From positions 1 through 64,000 of IMG/VR virus record IMGVR_UViG_3300032313_000840: DNA of 64,000 nucleotides. One strand, written 5' to 3'. Below are positions 20,504-29,296 of the stretch, in pieces. Both the position numbers and the translations under genes were made by a program. Each line of letters begins with the position of its first letter. Position 1 is the first letter of the stretch. The stretch comes from a virus. Under the pieces are notes generated by a model, which did no database searches, was not told where the DNA came from, and saw nothing but the letters and a program-made list of their open reading frames with translations.

Positions 20504-21065
20504 TATAAGAACACCACAAGAAGAAGTGAACCGCAAAGGATCCAGATGGTGGATCAAAATGAATGACAATTCCAAAGCAAAAGCCTGCAGAGAAGATTTT
20601 GTCAAAACATATGGTGGATTCTTTAAGCAAGAAGCAAAAATCTGGATTTGGGTTTCTCCAGTTGTTGAACAAAACGGCTACTGGTTGAAAAATATCATTA
20701 CAAATGAAAAGGTATTTTTTACCAGTATGGCTGAGTTTGGAAGACAGCATGGACTCACTTCAGTAAAAATTTGTGAACTATTAAATGGTAAAAGGAAGAC
20801 CTACAAGGGGTGGACGGCTTCTGAGGTCCGCGCAATCAAAGAAACTACCGGACAGCATATAAAGGCAAAGGAACCTAAAAAGAAGAAGATAATGGTTCCC
20901 AAGATAGTCACTCTTCAGAATATTGATACTGGTGAAGTTATCGTTGTCATCAATCTTAAACAATTTGCTAAGCAACACGGCATTTTTCCTGCAAATTTGT
21001 ATAAATTGGTGAACGGAAAAGCCAAAACTGTCAAAAACTTCAAATTATTTACTCCCCTATCTTGA
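20490..21065 (+). CDS. DNA-binding protein with two NUMOD1-like/HTH repeats
   Basis: FTSMAEFGRQHGL..LLNGKRKTYKGW and NLKQFAKQHGI..LVNGKAKTVKNF. Confidence 0.65.
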   Translation: MEYINIRTPQEEVNRKGSRWWIKMNDNSKAKACREDFVKTYGGFFKQEAKIWIWVSPVVEQNGYWLKNIITNEKVFFTSMAEFGRQHGLTSVKICELLNGKRKTYKGWTASEVRAIKETTGQHIKAKEPKKKKIMVPKIVTLQNIDTGEVIVVINLKQFAKQHGIFPANLYKLVNGKAKTVKNFKLFTPLS

Positions 21066-21099
21066 ATAGCATGCTTCTTTTGGTTCATAAATATTTTAA

Positions 21100-23424
21100 A
21101 TGAACTTCAAGACCTTATTGCAAATTATTAACGAAGAGTCCCGAGAACGCGCCGATTCATTTAGAACTACTGGCGAGGCTGTTTCCAAGGAAAAGGCCAC
21201 AGATAAAGCCGGGGACTATAAAGCCAAGGATGCTGCTCGTAAGCGTGAAGAACGCTCCAGACAAATTCCTAGAGATAGAAAATCTAAGGCAGAACTTCTT
21301 AAGGATATTGTCATTGTAAAAACAAAGTCCGGTAGAGTTCAGATTATCTTCAAAGATTCATTTAACAAAGAACAACACGAAGATTTGACAAAATCCGGTT
21401 CTATCACTTTTGAAGAAGCTAAAAAGATTGCTGGCGATCCTAACTTTGAACAAACTCGTGCATCTAAACTTCTCTTGGGCAATATGAAAGAAAAGCCAAA
21501 AGAAGAAAAGAAAGAAAAAGCACCCGAAGCCGAACAAGAAGATAAGCCACGCAGACTTTCAAAGAAAGAAATGTTTACTGCGATGACTCAAATGTCCGCA
21601 GAGCAATTGGCTGCATTGCCCCCAGAGGCAAGAGAAGAATACTTCAAGTCTCAAAGAAATCCACCAACAAATAAAGAATACGACAACAATAGCTTCGAAG
21701 GATTGAGTATTCAATTTGGTATTAGCCCTATTTCTTCCTTGCCTTTCAACCAACAAGTACTAAATGCTATCTTGTTCTTGAGCAAACTGAAGGTTGGTGC
21801 AGGTCAGCAAGAGATGCAAACTTTTGCTACACTAAATCCTGCTTCGACGGACTTTACCAAGAGAGCATATCTTCAAGCCAATAAAATTCTTTCACAGATT
21901 GGTGATGAATGTCTCACTAATCTTATTTCTGCAACTGAAAGCGGAAGCAAACAAATGTATTCCGAAGGCTCAGTTGACATGAAGTGTGGTGAATATAGAT
22001 TTAAGATTGAAGCTGGTGGTGAATTCAGCGTATCAACAGATAAACTAAATCAAAGCAATAAGCTATTCAAAGGTATTCTAGCAAATTCAATCAATGCAGC
22101 GCTATCAGACCCAAGAATAATGGAATCTGATCCCGGTGTTAAGAAGATGCTTGCCAATATCAATCAAAGCAAATCAAAAGTCTCAAACATTTTGATTTCA
22201 AATGAAGCATTGCCAATAATTTTGCAAAATGAAAAGTACGTTCAACAGTTGCAAAATACTCCAGTTGTGCTCGGTGATGGAACTGAATCTGGAACCATTC
22301 TTGATGCAGAAGGAAATCTAAATCCTGCAGCATCATTGGAAAACTTGAATAATATTGTTCAAAAAGCCAGTAAGGGAATCTTCAAGAAGGATATGGATAC
22401 TGGAAAGTCGGCAGTCGGTAATTACATTGCCTCTTCCATACTTCGATCATATTTGAGAGGTGATGGGCTCAAGGATCCAAAAGAACAACCAAATCATTTG
22501 GTAACAGCCAATGGTGTTTTTGCACTTTCTGATGACTATATTCAAGAGATTTCCAACAATGCAGTTCTGAATGCAAAACCTTCTGAGACTCCATTAGATG
22601 GCGACAATATTTCAAACTTTAAAGGAAAGTCTGTCGAACAATTGAAAAAATGGCGTTCTATCATTGAAACAAAAGAAGAAAAAGGTAAAGAAAAGACTCC
22701 TTCATTGAAGGAGTTGATGATAGACATCAATACACTCAATCCAATGGAGATTGCTTCAAATTATCTACAAGCAAACATGGATTTTGATTTTGATGCCAGT
22801 TTGATCCCTGGATTTAAACCCGATGATCTAAATGCCGTAGAATACAACTATGTTCGTATTGGCAACAAGGTTACCAAAATACCAGTAACCCGTGCAGATA
22901 AACTTTCAAATCAATTGTTGGGCGAAACATATTTGTTCTTGAACAGCATGTTGGTAGAATCCTTATCCAATAACTTTGTTCTTTCATCTTTGGTAAAGGT
23001 AAACTTATTGACTTCCAATGAAGCCAATATCCTTGAACAATCCACCATGCTTACAGAAAGCGATAGCAATCCACTCAAAGAGATGCTGGATAAGGTTATC
23101 GAAAGAGCTACTGCCGTTCCTTTCAAAATATCTCTTCTTGAACAAATTCTTGAAGAATACAAGAGGGATTACAAAATGGAATACCGTAACTACCACGGAA
23201 AACCAAAACAAAAGAAAGAACGTGCAGCTAGAACCCGTGCCAGAGAACTTATGATCAAAAAAGGTCGTGCCAAAAGAGGCGATGGAAAAGACATTGACCA
23301 TAAAAAGCCCCTGAGATCCGGTGGTTCGAATGGCATAAATAACTTGCGCAAGCGTGAAAAGTCTGACAATAGATCAGACAATGGTCATCATAAAGGTGAG
23401 AAACAAAGCAAGGATTGGAAATGA
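21100..23424 (+). CDS. large late protein with internal-protein-like leader and C-terminal HNH-like domain
   Basis: ATAAATA 6 nt upstream; MNFKTLLQIINE; C-terminal KDIDHKKPLRSGGSNGINNLR..N. Confidence 0.75.
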   Translation: MNFKTLLQIINEESRERADSFRTTGEAVSKEKATDKAGDYKAKDAARKREERSRQIPRDRKSKAELLKDIVIVKTKSGRVQIIFKDSFNKEQHEDLTKSGSITFEEAKKIAGDPNFEQTRASKLLLGNMKEKPKEEKKEKAPEAEQEDKPRRLSKKEMFTAMTQMSAEQLAALPPEAREEYFKSQRNPPTNKEYDNNSFEGLSIQFGISPISSLPFNQQVLNAILFLSKLKVGAGQQEMQTFATLNPASTDFTKRAYLQANKILSQIGDECLTNLISATESGSKQMYSEGSVDMKCGEYRFKIEAGGEFSVSTDKLNQSNKLFKGILANSINAALSDPRIMESDPGVKKMLANINQSKSKVSNILISNEALPIILQNEKYVQQLQNTPVVLGDGTESGTILDAEGNLNPAASLENLNNIVQKASKGIFKKDMDTGKSAVGNYIASSILRSYLRGDGLKDPKEQPNHLVTANGVFALSDDYIQEISNNAVLNAKPSETPLDGDNISNFKGKSVEQLKKWRSIIETKEEKGKEKTPSLKELMIDINTLNPMEIASNYLQANMDFDFDASLIPGFKPDDLNAVEYNYVRIGNKVTKIPVTRADKLSNQLLGETYLFLNSMLVESLSNNFVLSSLVKVNLLTSNEANILEQSTMLTESDSNPLKEMLDKVIERATAVPFKISLLEQILEEYKRDYKMEYRNYHGKPKQKKERAARTRARELMIKKGRAKRGDGKDIDHKKPLRSGGSNGINNLRKREKSDNRSDNGHHKGEKQSKDWK

Positions 23425-23666
23425 GTAAGGCTAAGAAGTTGGTAGAAAAAATCTTTGAGAAGTCTCAGTATTCTCATTTGTATAAAAAAGAGTCCACTGT
23501 TGCCAATACCATAACAGAAAGTTTTCATTCTAGCAGCAAAAAGCTTGGAAAATGGGATGAGGTATCGAAATGCTTTGTAAGCAAAATAATGAAATCTTTG
23601 AATGAACACACTTATAATCCCAATCTATATGGGTTGATGGATATAAACAAGGATAAAAATAGATAA
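23415..23666 (+). CDS. hypothetical protein
   Basis: ORF in operon. Confidence 0.5.
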   Translation: MEMSKAKKLVEKIFEKSQYSHLYKKESTVANTITESFHSSSKKLGKWDEVSKCFVSKIMKSLNEHTYNPNLYGLMDINKDKNR

Positions 23667-23679
23667 ATAAGAGGAAGCC

Positions 23680-24240
23680 ATGAAATTTAAACAATTACTC
23701 ACAAAAATTCAATCCCTACAAGAAAACGCTCCTGAAGAAACAGAAGGTGGTGGTCTTTTCATTGGTGATCCCCAAGGAAAGAAGGGCCCAAGTGCCCTAA
23801 CCAACAAGGGAACATTCAATCTCAAACTTCCTCGTTCTTTGGATGCAATCAATGCAATGCTCCAAGGCTTCTCTTCCAAGGATTATATCGATCCTGATGA
23901 AGTAGTAGCAATCATCAAGCAGAAGTTGAACCACTTTGGCTTTGACTTTGAGATGAGAAACAGCCTTCAAGACGGTGAAAATGTCTTCCAACTTGTTCAA
24001 TATGGAAGCCCCCAACTCGGAGTCTATGGTCAAAACCCATATGATGATGTTAATGAGAAGGGCTTCAAGCAAGGTGATGGCATCAAGGAAAAACTAGGTT
24101 ACTCTCTGGACATGGTTGTAAATGTACAAAAGGGTTCTAACATGCTTCGTAAGATAAACGTGATGATCGTCCCCGCTATGGACGACAGTATAAGAGATGT
24201 TGATAATGGTACAGACCCCGGTTGCGGTTGCCAACACTAA
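23680..24240 (+). CDS. hypothetical late protein
   Basis: ATAAATA plus GAGGA SD; MKFKQLLTKIQSLQE leader. Confidence 0.7.
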   Translation: MKFKQLLTKIQSLQENAPEETEGGGLFIGDPQGKKGPSALTNKGTFNLKLPRSLDAINAMLQGFSSKDYIDPDEVVAIIKQKLNHFGFDFEMRNSLQDGENVFQLVQYGSPQLGVYGQNPYDDVNEKGFKQGDGIKEKLGYSLDMVVNVQKGSNMLRKINVMIVPAMDDSIRDVDNGTDPGCGCQH

Positions 24241-24247
24241 TAATGTA

Positions 24248-24649
24248 ATGAATTCAAAACAATCCTTGACAGAAGATAATTTTTTGGACTTCTGCAAGGA
24301 TTGTTATTTCAATCCTGAGTGTTCAGGTAAGAATGAATTTATTGATGATTTGAAGCGAATTAAGTACATAAAAAGACTTATACAGAAGATTCATAAACAG
24401 AAAACCCTGAAGTCTATTCGGGAAAGACTGATTCTGAACCATCTTATAATTTTAAGAAATGTGTTCGGGGAAGAAAAATCAGCTAGAATTTTGTTTTTCA
24501 GACTTGAGCCAAGACTTCATTCTTATTTGAAGTCTTTCTTGGTTTATTTGGAATTCAATCTTCAAGGTATACCAGAAACAGACTATAAACTTCTGAATAC
24601 TGATGTCAGAGTGGATAGAAAATTGTTTCTGATGGATTCCGAGAAGTAA
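24248..24649 (+). CDS. conserved T4-like phage protein
   Basis: LTEDNF..YFNPEC..EFIDDLKRIKYIKRL..ERLILNHLIILRNVFG..LKSFLVYL, a pattern I recognise from T4-like phages. Confidence 0.75.
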   Translation: MNSKQSLTEDNFLDFCKDCYFNPECSGKNEFIDDLKRIKYIKRLIQKIHKQKTLKSIRERLILNHLIILRNVFGEEKSARILFFRLEPRLHSYLKSFLVYLEFNLQGIPETDYKLLNTDVRVDRKLFLMDSEK

Positions 24650-24664
24650 ATCTAAATATTTTAT

Positions 24665-26191
24665 ATGAACTATGGTTCTCTAGTCCCCTCATTCTATTTT
24701 TACAAGTTTGCTGAGTCAATCAGCCAACCATATACATCTTTTGCAGCCTATAGAGCTGGAGCCATTGATGCCAATGGTAATCTAGTGAAGCCCGAGAGCA
24801 GCATAGATCCATATGAATACTTCATCATCAAATTAAAGAAGATCTTTGAGCAGCTTCCTCCGGGTCTCACAAAGTATCAGTTGGCAAACTATACATCCGC
24901 CTTGAATTATTTTGCTGAAGAAGCAGAAAAGTTCAACATCGAGAAAGAACATTATATTGCATTGGTCGAAGGTATTCTTGCAGCCCAATGTGGCCCCGAA
25001 GCAAGTTACATCGAACTATTAGAAGACATGAGTGCAGGTGGAATGGCTGTTGCTGGTGATTCGGCTGGTTACAATACTGGTGGTGTTTCAGGCTTTGATC
25101 CCGTAATGGCTCCAATGCAAAGACGTAAACCAGTCACGGATGAAATGTTCCATATGTTTGATGTTTCTGACAATGATTTTTCAAAAATATCAAATAATCA
25201 AATGAATGATATTGAGTATCTTCGTAGATTTGGAATTCGTAATCCTGATTCTACCCTGATCGTAAGAAATAGCAAAGATGGAAATCTTTATACTGTGCCC
25301 AAAAAAAAGAAATTAAAAGAAGAATATAATTTAGATTTTTTGTTTGAAGAAAGTGCAGTTGCAGACTATACAGATAAAACAACTGATAAAGATAAAAATG
25401 TTGCAGTATTGACAAATGCACAAGAATCAAATTATGACATACCAGAACATCTTCATCCAAAAGTAGCTGATTTCATTAGTACATCTTTAAATATGAAATA
25501 TAGAACTAAAGATAATCAAGATGCTGGTCGTATAGTTGATAGGAAAGATTCTCATAGTACAGAACTTCATGCCAGAATGCTTTTATTTGCCGGCGGTTTG
25601 GAAGATATTTCAAAAATACCTGATACGGCAAAAAGACATGAGACATTTTCAAATTTTATTAATGCAGTTCATGTCGGAAGACACAAGAATCCTTCTGTTT
25701 CAGATCAACGTTCCAAAGAAAAACACCCAGATGCATGGGCGTATCACCCTGAACATGGTGTAATAGGAGCAGAAATTAAAACTGATAGATACGAAGGAAG
25801 TTTTCCAACTAAACTTTCAAATACCGCATCCTCGGAACAAATAGAACAAGAAAAACAACGGAATATAAGTAACATCCAAAGTCAATGGAAAAATGGAGTT
25901 GTTGTTCAAAGAAAAGCTTCTGGCAAATTCTTTAAAGTTTCACCCGAAAATATTACAGGACTTTGGGCTGAACATCCTGCACGTATTAAATCAAGAAAAC
26001 GTGGAAGCTCTGTTAGACAAGAAAATAAAGAAACTGCAGGAAATGTTTTAAAAATAAAATCTCTCAGAAGTCTGACATCAAAAAGAGAAGATCCATTAAA
26101 AATAAGTAATCAAACTATAGAATTACTTAAACAGCATACAAATGCAGAGCACCATGATTTGTTAAGCGGAATACTTGGGGTTCATGTATAA
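24665..26191 (+). CDS. late protein: conserved N-terminal domain plus C-terminal putative PD-(D/E)XK domain
   Basis: AYRAGAIDANGNL..KLKKI N-terminal domain; HPDAW..GAEIKT in the C-terminal half. Confidence 0.65.
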   Translation: MNYGSLVPSFYFYKFAESISQPYTSFAAYRAGAIDANGNLVKPESSIDPYEYFIIKLKKIFEQLPPGLTKYQLANYTSALNYFAEEAEKFNIEKEHYIALVEGILAAQCGPEASYIELLEDMSAGGMAVAGDSAGYNTGGVSGFDPVMAPMQRRKPVTDEMFHMFDVSDNDFSKISNNQMNDIEYLRRFGIRNPDSTLIVRNSKDGNLYTVPKKKKLKEEYNLDFLFEESAVADYTDKTTDKDKNVAVLTNAQESNYDIPEHLHPKVADFISTSLNMKYRTKDNQDAGRIVDRKDSHSTELHARMLLFAGGLEDISKIPDTAKRHETFSNFINAVHVGRHKNPSVSDQRSKEKHPDAWAYHPEHGVIGAEIKTDRYEGSFPTKLSNTASSEQIEQEKQRNISNIQSQWKNGVVVQRKASGKFFKVSPENITGLWAEHPARIKSRKRGSSVRQENKETAGNVLKIKSLRSLTSKREDPLKISNQTIELLKQHTNAEHHDLLSGILGVHV

Positions 26192-26212
26192 AACCCCCTT
26201 TCGGGGGCTTTA

Positions 26213-26428
26213 TCAATCCTGAATAAAGTTCTTACAGCACTTTGGCTTTGTGCATCCAGAGTTTGCTCTGGCTTCATTGATGATCTTATTGTGGGCATCT
26301 TCCCAACCAGCAAGCCATTCTTGCCAGTATACGGAATTAGATTCAAAAATGTTGGAAGTCTTGTCGCCGCCATTCATTCTAGTATCATAACCCTTTTTAT
26401 ATGCTGAACCTGGAACGTAATCTGTCAT
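26213..26428 (-). CDS. ribosome modulation factor (Rmf)-like small protein
   Basis: AYKKGY..G..WLAGWEDA matches the Rmf GY..G..WLGGWREA pattern. Confidence 0.55.
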   Translation of the reverse strand: MTDYVPGSAYKKGYDTRMNGGDKTSNIFESNSVYWQEWLAGWEDAHNKIINEARANSGCTKPKCCKNFIQD

Positions 26429-26859
26429 GGCTTCTCCTTTGGATCAATTGGAACCATTACGATTTGACTAAGAAGCTTGTCAAGAGCCTTAACGTGAGCA
26501 CGTTGCTCAGTAATGTTTAGATATCCACGAATCTCAATAAGCTTCTCATAATCTTCACGAGAGAAGGTAGTCGTGGTCTTTGCGGGCTGTGACTTCTTCA
26601 TTGGACGACGATTGTTCATGGGATTCTTGGGTTTAGAATTATTCTTGCTCCATTCCTTCATGATGTCATCAATGTTCAGGTACTCTTTCATGCTCTCAGT
26701 GAAGTCTTGCCCACTGTTGATGTCATTCCACATCTTGCGGAACTCGGGGCTCATGTTGCCATAGAAGAAGAACCCATTGGGATTATTGTTTGGGTTGTTG
26801 GCGTCATCATCATCGCCATTCTGCCAGTTCTTGAAATCATTAAAATCTGAATTATTCAT
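26425..26859 (-). CDS. hypothetical protein
   Basis: N/D-rich ORF with GAGGAA SD. Confidence 0.65.
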   Translation of the reverse strand: MNNSDFNDFKNWQNGDDDDANNPNNNPNGFFFYGNMSPEFRKMWNDINSGQDFTESMKEYLNIDDIMKEWSKNNSKPKNPMNNRRPMKKSQPAKTTTTFSREDYEKLIEIRGYLNITEQRAHVKALDKLLSQIVMVPIDPKEKP

Positions 26860-26867
26860 ATCTTTCC

Positions 26868-27167
26868 TCAGTTAGTGTCAAAAATTTGTTCGTAAACCAA
26901 CTTGCCCCGATTGTCTGTAACAGAGACATATCGAACGTGACGGCTCATTGCATCACTGATATTTAGTGGATCCTTTGGACCAAATGCCATGTGCTTGATC
27001 CAAGCAGGGCATCCACCAAGGGAAATACGAACTTCGGCACCAGTTGCATCAGTACCATAAAAATCAAATGCAGCCTTCTCACCATCATAATAGGTGAAGA
27101 AGCAATCGATAGAATCATACTTCTTGCGAACATCCGCAAGAGTCATTTCTGTAGCGGTCTTAGCCAT
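26868..27167 (-). CDS. hypothetical protein
   Basis: ORF in minus-strand operon. Confidence 0.65.
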   Translation of the reverse strand: MAKTATEMTLADVRKKYDSIDCFFTYYDGEKAAFDFYGTDATGAEVRISLGGCPAWIKHMAFGPKDPLNISDAMSRHVRYVSVTDNRGKLVYEQIFDTN

Positions 27168-27333
27168 TAGGCAATCTCACTTGCTTGACTGAAATAGGTA
27201 GTTGGCCATTCGCGTCAAGCGCACGAAGAGTACCAACTTTAGCCTCCATGAGGCTCTTGTGACGGTTATTACGAAGACGGGTCTTACGCTTTCTATGCGT
27301 CCGAGAAGTTACACGTTGTTTTGAATTAGGCAT
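27160..27333 (-). CDS. small basic protein, 57 aa (not in ORF track)
   Basis: Manual translation MPNSKQRVTSRTHRKRKTRLRNNRHKSLMEAKVGTLRALDANGQLPISVKQVRLPNG; TTGACA..TATACT promoter directly upstream. Confidence 0.55.
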   Translation of the reverse strand: MPNSKQRVTSRTHRKRKTRLRNNRHKSLMEAKVGTLRALDANGQLPISVKQVRLPNG

Positions 27334-27394
27334 ATGAATAGTATACTCCTTATTTATGGCCTGTCAAATAACAAAACCCCTTTTGAGGGGGGTT

Positions 27395-27712
27395 CAGGGT
27401 CGATTCAGATGCGGGAGACCAAACCCCACTGCTTCAAGCAGCCATTGCTAATTGGTTAGCAATTATTTTTTGCAACTGTTTATTTGCGACACTTGTTACC
27501 CGTGTCGGGTATCTCCTTCTTCATTACTTTGCGCCAATCTATTCCTTTCGACCCCGGTGACCCGAAGCCTAGGACTTCGGGAAATGCCCCGCTGCTACGA
27601 GGACTTGATTCGCCGTTTTCAGAGGATTGCAGATTCTCTGACTTAGGCTAATGGAGTCGGGGGGATTCGAACCCCCGTCTTGTACGCATTTCAATCCAAT
27701 ATCAACAATACC
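27395..27712 (-). ncRNA. ssrA: circularly permuted two-piece tmRNA (outer ends approximate), tag (A)ANQLAMAA
   Basis: GAC-GGGGG TTCGAAT CCCCC-CGACTCC-A (3' end 27652) precedes GGGGTCG (5' end 27555); G3-U70 pair; pk1; ATAATT-GCT resume site; tag 27460-27434. Confidence 0.88.
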
Positions 27713-27723
27713 ATTTTATTTAG

Positions 27724-27805
27724 TGCGAGCTGAGGGATTCGAACCCCCGTAGGCGATGCCATCTGATTTACAGTCAGACCTCGTTGGCCACTTGAGTAAA
27801 CTCGC
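27724..27805 (-). tRNA. tRNA-Tyr(GUA)
   Basis: Anticodon arm TCTGA-CT GTA AA-TCAGA; long variable arm; GGTTCGAATCC. Confidence 0.93.
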
Positions 27806-27809
27806 TAAA

Positions 27810-27940
27810 GTCGGGCATTGAATCCTTTTTCCAGCCCTGATCAAGGTCTGGGAAGTATAGTACTAGCCCTGCGCGTTCTTCTAAGGTATTCCGCGCCCCA
27901 CCTCTGATTACTGCTAGGGTATCAGTTATCCCTATACAGT
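27810..27940 (-). ncRNA. candidate structured RNA between tRNA-Gly and tRNA-Tyr
   Basis: Three hairpins with two possible loop-mediated pseudoknots; no ORF. Confidence 0.4.
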
Positions 27941-27962
27941 TTTATAGTCTTTAATTGTCAAA

Positions 27963-28034
27963 AGCGGGAGAAGGGATTCGAACCCTCGACACTTGGTTTG
28001 GAAAACCAACACTCTACCACTGAGTTACACCCGC
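27963..28034 (-). tRNA. tRNA-Gly(UCC)
   Basis: Anticodon arm TTGGT-TT TCC AA-ACCAA; GCG acceptor start; U discriminator. Confidence 0.94.
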
Positions 28035-28040
28035 AAAAAT

Positions 28041-28166
28041 TTACTTCTTAACCTTTTTTGCCTTCTTCTTTTTCTTGAAGATTGCTTCAAAATTCTTACC
28101 ATATTGCTCCAAATTTACAGGTCTTGGAGAACTTCCTTTTCCAGCACCATGTGATCCGTAATCCAT
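28041..28166 (-). CDS. small basic protein, 41 aa (not in ORF track)
   Basis: MDYGSHGAGKGSSPRPVNLEQYGKNFEAIFKKKKKAKKVKK; TTGACT..TATACT promoter upstream. Confidence 0.55.
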   Translation of the reverse strand: MDYGSHGAGKGSSPRPVNLEQYGKNFEAIFKKKKKAKKVKK

Positions 28167-28214
28167 GCCACTAGTATATATCATGGATACATTAAGTCAA
28201 ATATAAATATTTGT

Positions 28215-29273
28215 ATGGCTCATAATTTATCTTCAGATCAGCAATATTTGTTATCGATGGTTCAACAGAACAATCCAGAAATTTTGTCTAAATTTTTGAA
28301 TGAAGTGACACAACAAGAAAGAGAAGAATGGCAAGCAGCTAAAGAAAACCCACTAGGCGCAGTTCAATTGGCAAAAGCTCGTAAAGATATTTTGCACGCT
28401 ACTCCAGACCAAAGAGCTGCATTAGCTGCTTCTGATGCCAAAGAAGCAAAAAGACAAGCTTCTGCCGCAGAACATTATCAGGATGTATTTGCCAGCATAC
28501 CAGAGAATCCTAGTGAAATGACACCGCAACAGGCTGCTGAAGTAGCAATGTATAAAACTATGACTAATAAAAAACTAGGTGGGAACACAGCTAGAAAATT
28601 AAAAATAGCTGTTGAAACTAATCCTGATATTGATGTAGATAATGTACTTTCAAAAACAAATGATCACTTTCTTAGAACACAATCGGTACAGACTGGCAAT
28701 CCTCCAGTTCCCAGTACACAAAATAAAGTAGCTTTGCGTTACCAAAAGAAAGCTGAAGAAAATGCACTTCCACTAGGAGATAGACCAATTTCTCCTTTCT
28801 ATAAAACAACTCGTAATGAATTTCAAGCACAATTTGGAAGAGACTTTGATGCATCAGGTGGTGCAACTCCAGCAAATATGAGAGGGTTGGTAAATATTAA
28901 AACAAATTTGGCGGGAAGATTAAAAGATATTGAAACTGGTTGGCAAGATAAAATGTCATGGGAAAAACAACTTGCTGCTGCTGGTAAATATAAAAACCAA
29001 TTTGCAAAAATGGCAGCATCATTGGTAGCCAAAGGAGAAGCCGAAAAAGAAAATCCAGTTTACGATTACATACCAAGCGATTTTGATGTTCCCGAAGTTG
29101 GAAATCCAGGAGAACCCGAGGGAATGGAACGCACCCTTCCAACTAAGCCTGTAGATACTGGCCGCAAAACAGAATGGCTTTTTAGTGGTATTGGTGAACC
29201 TTTGGCTGGAGATAAACAAGCCTCAAATCTATCTGGTAAATCAGTAAACCAAAAAATCAGTAGAATAGCGTAA
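28215..29273 (+). CDS. late protein, probable capsid-internal protein
   Basis: TATAAATA 5 nt before ATG; KFLNE site. Confidence 0.65.
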   Translation: MAHNLSSDQQYLLSMVQQNNPEILSKFLNEVTQQEREEWQAAKENPLGAVQLAKARKDILHATPDQRAALAASDAKEAKRQASAAEHYQDVFASIPENPSEMTPQQAAEVAMYKTMTNKKLGGNTARKLKIAVETNPDIDVDNVLSKTNDHFLRTQSVQTGNPPVPSTQNKVALRYQKKAEENALPLGDRPISPFYKTTRNEFQAQFGRDFDASGGATPANMRGLVNIKTNLAGRLKDIETGWQDKMSWEKQLAAAGKYKNQFAKMAASLVAKGEAEKENPVYDYIPSDFDVPEVGNPGEPEGMERTLPTKPVDTGRKTEWLFSGIGEPLAGDKQASNLSGKSVNQKISRIA

Positions 29274-29296
29274 TTTAAGAAAAGATAAATATTATT

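Noticed and set aside
27452-27646. 64-aa plus-strand ORF
   Set aside because: Antisense to the tmRNA
27556-27651. Canonical HDV-like/theta ribozyme
   Set aside because: Could not thread P1-P2-P3-P1.1-P4 in the required order
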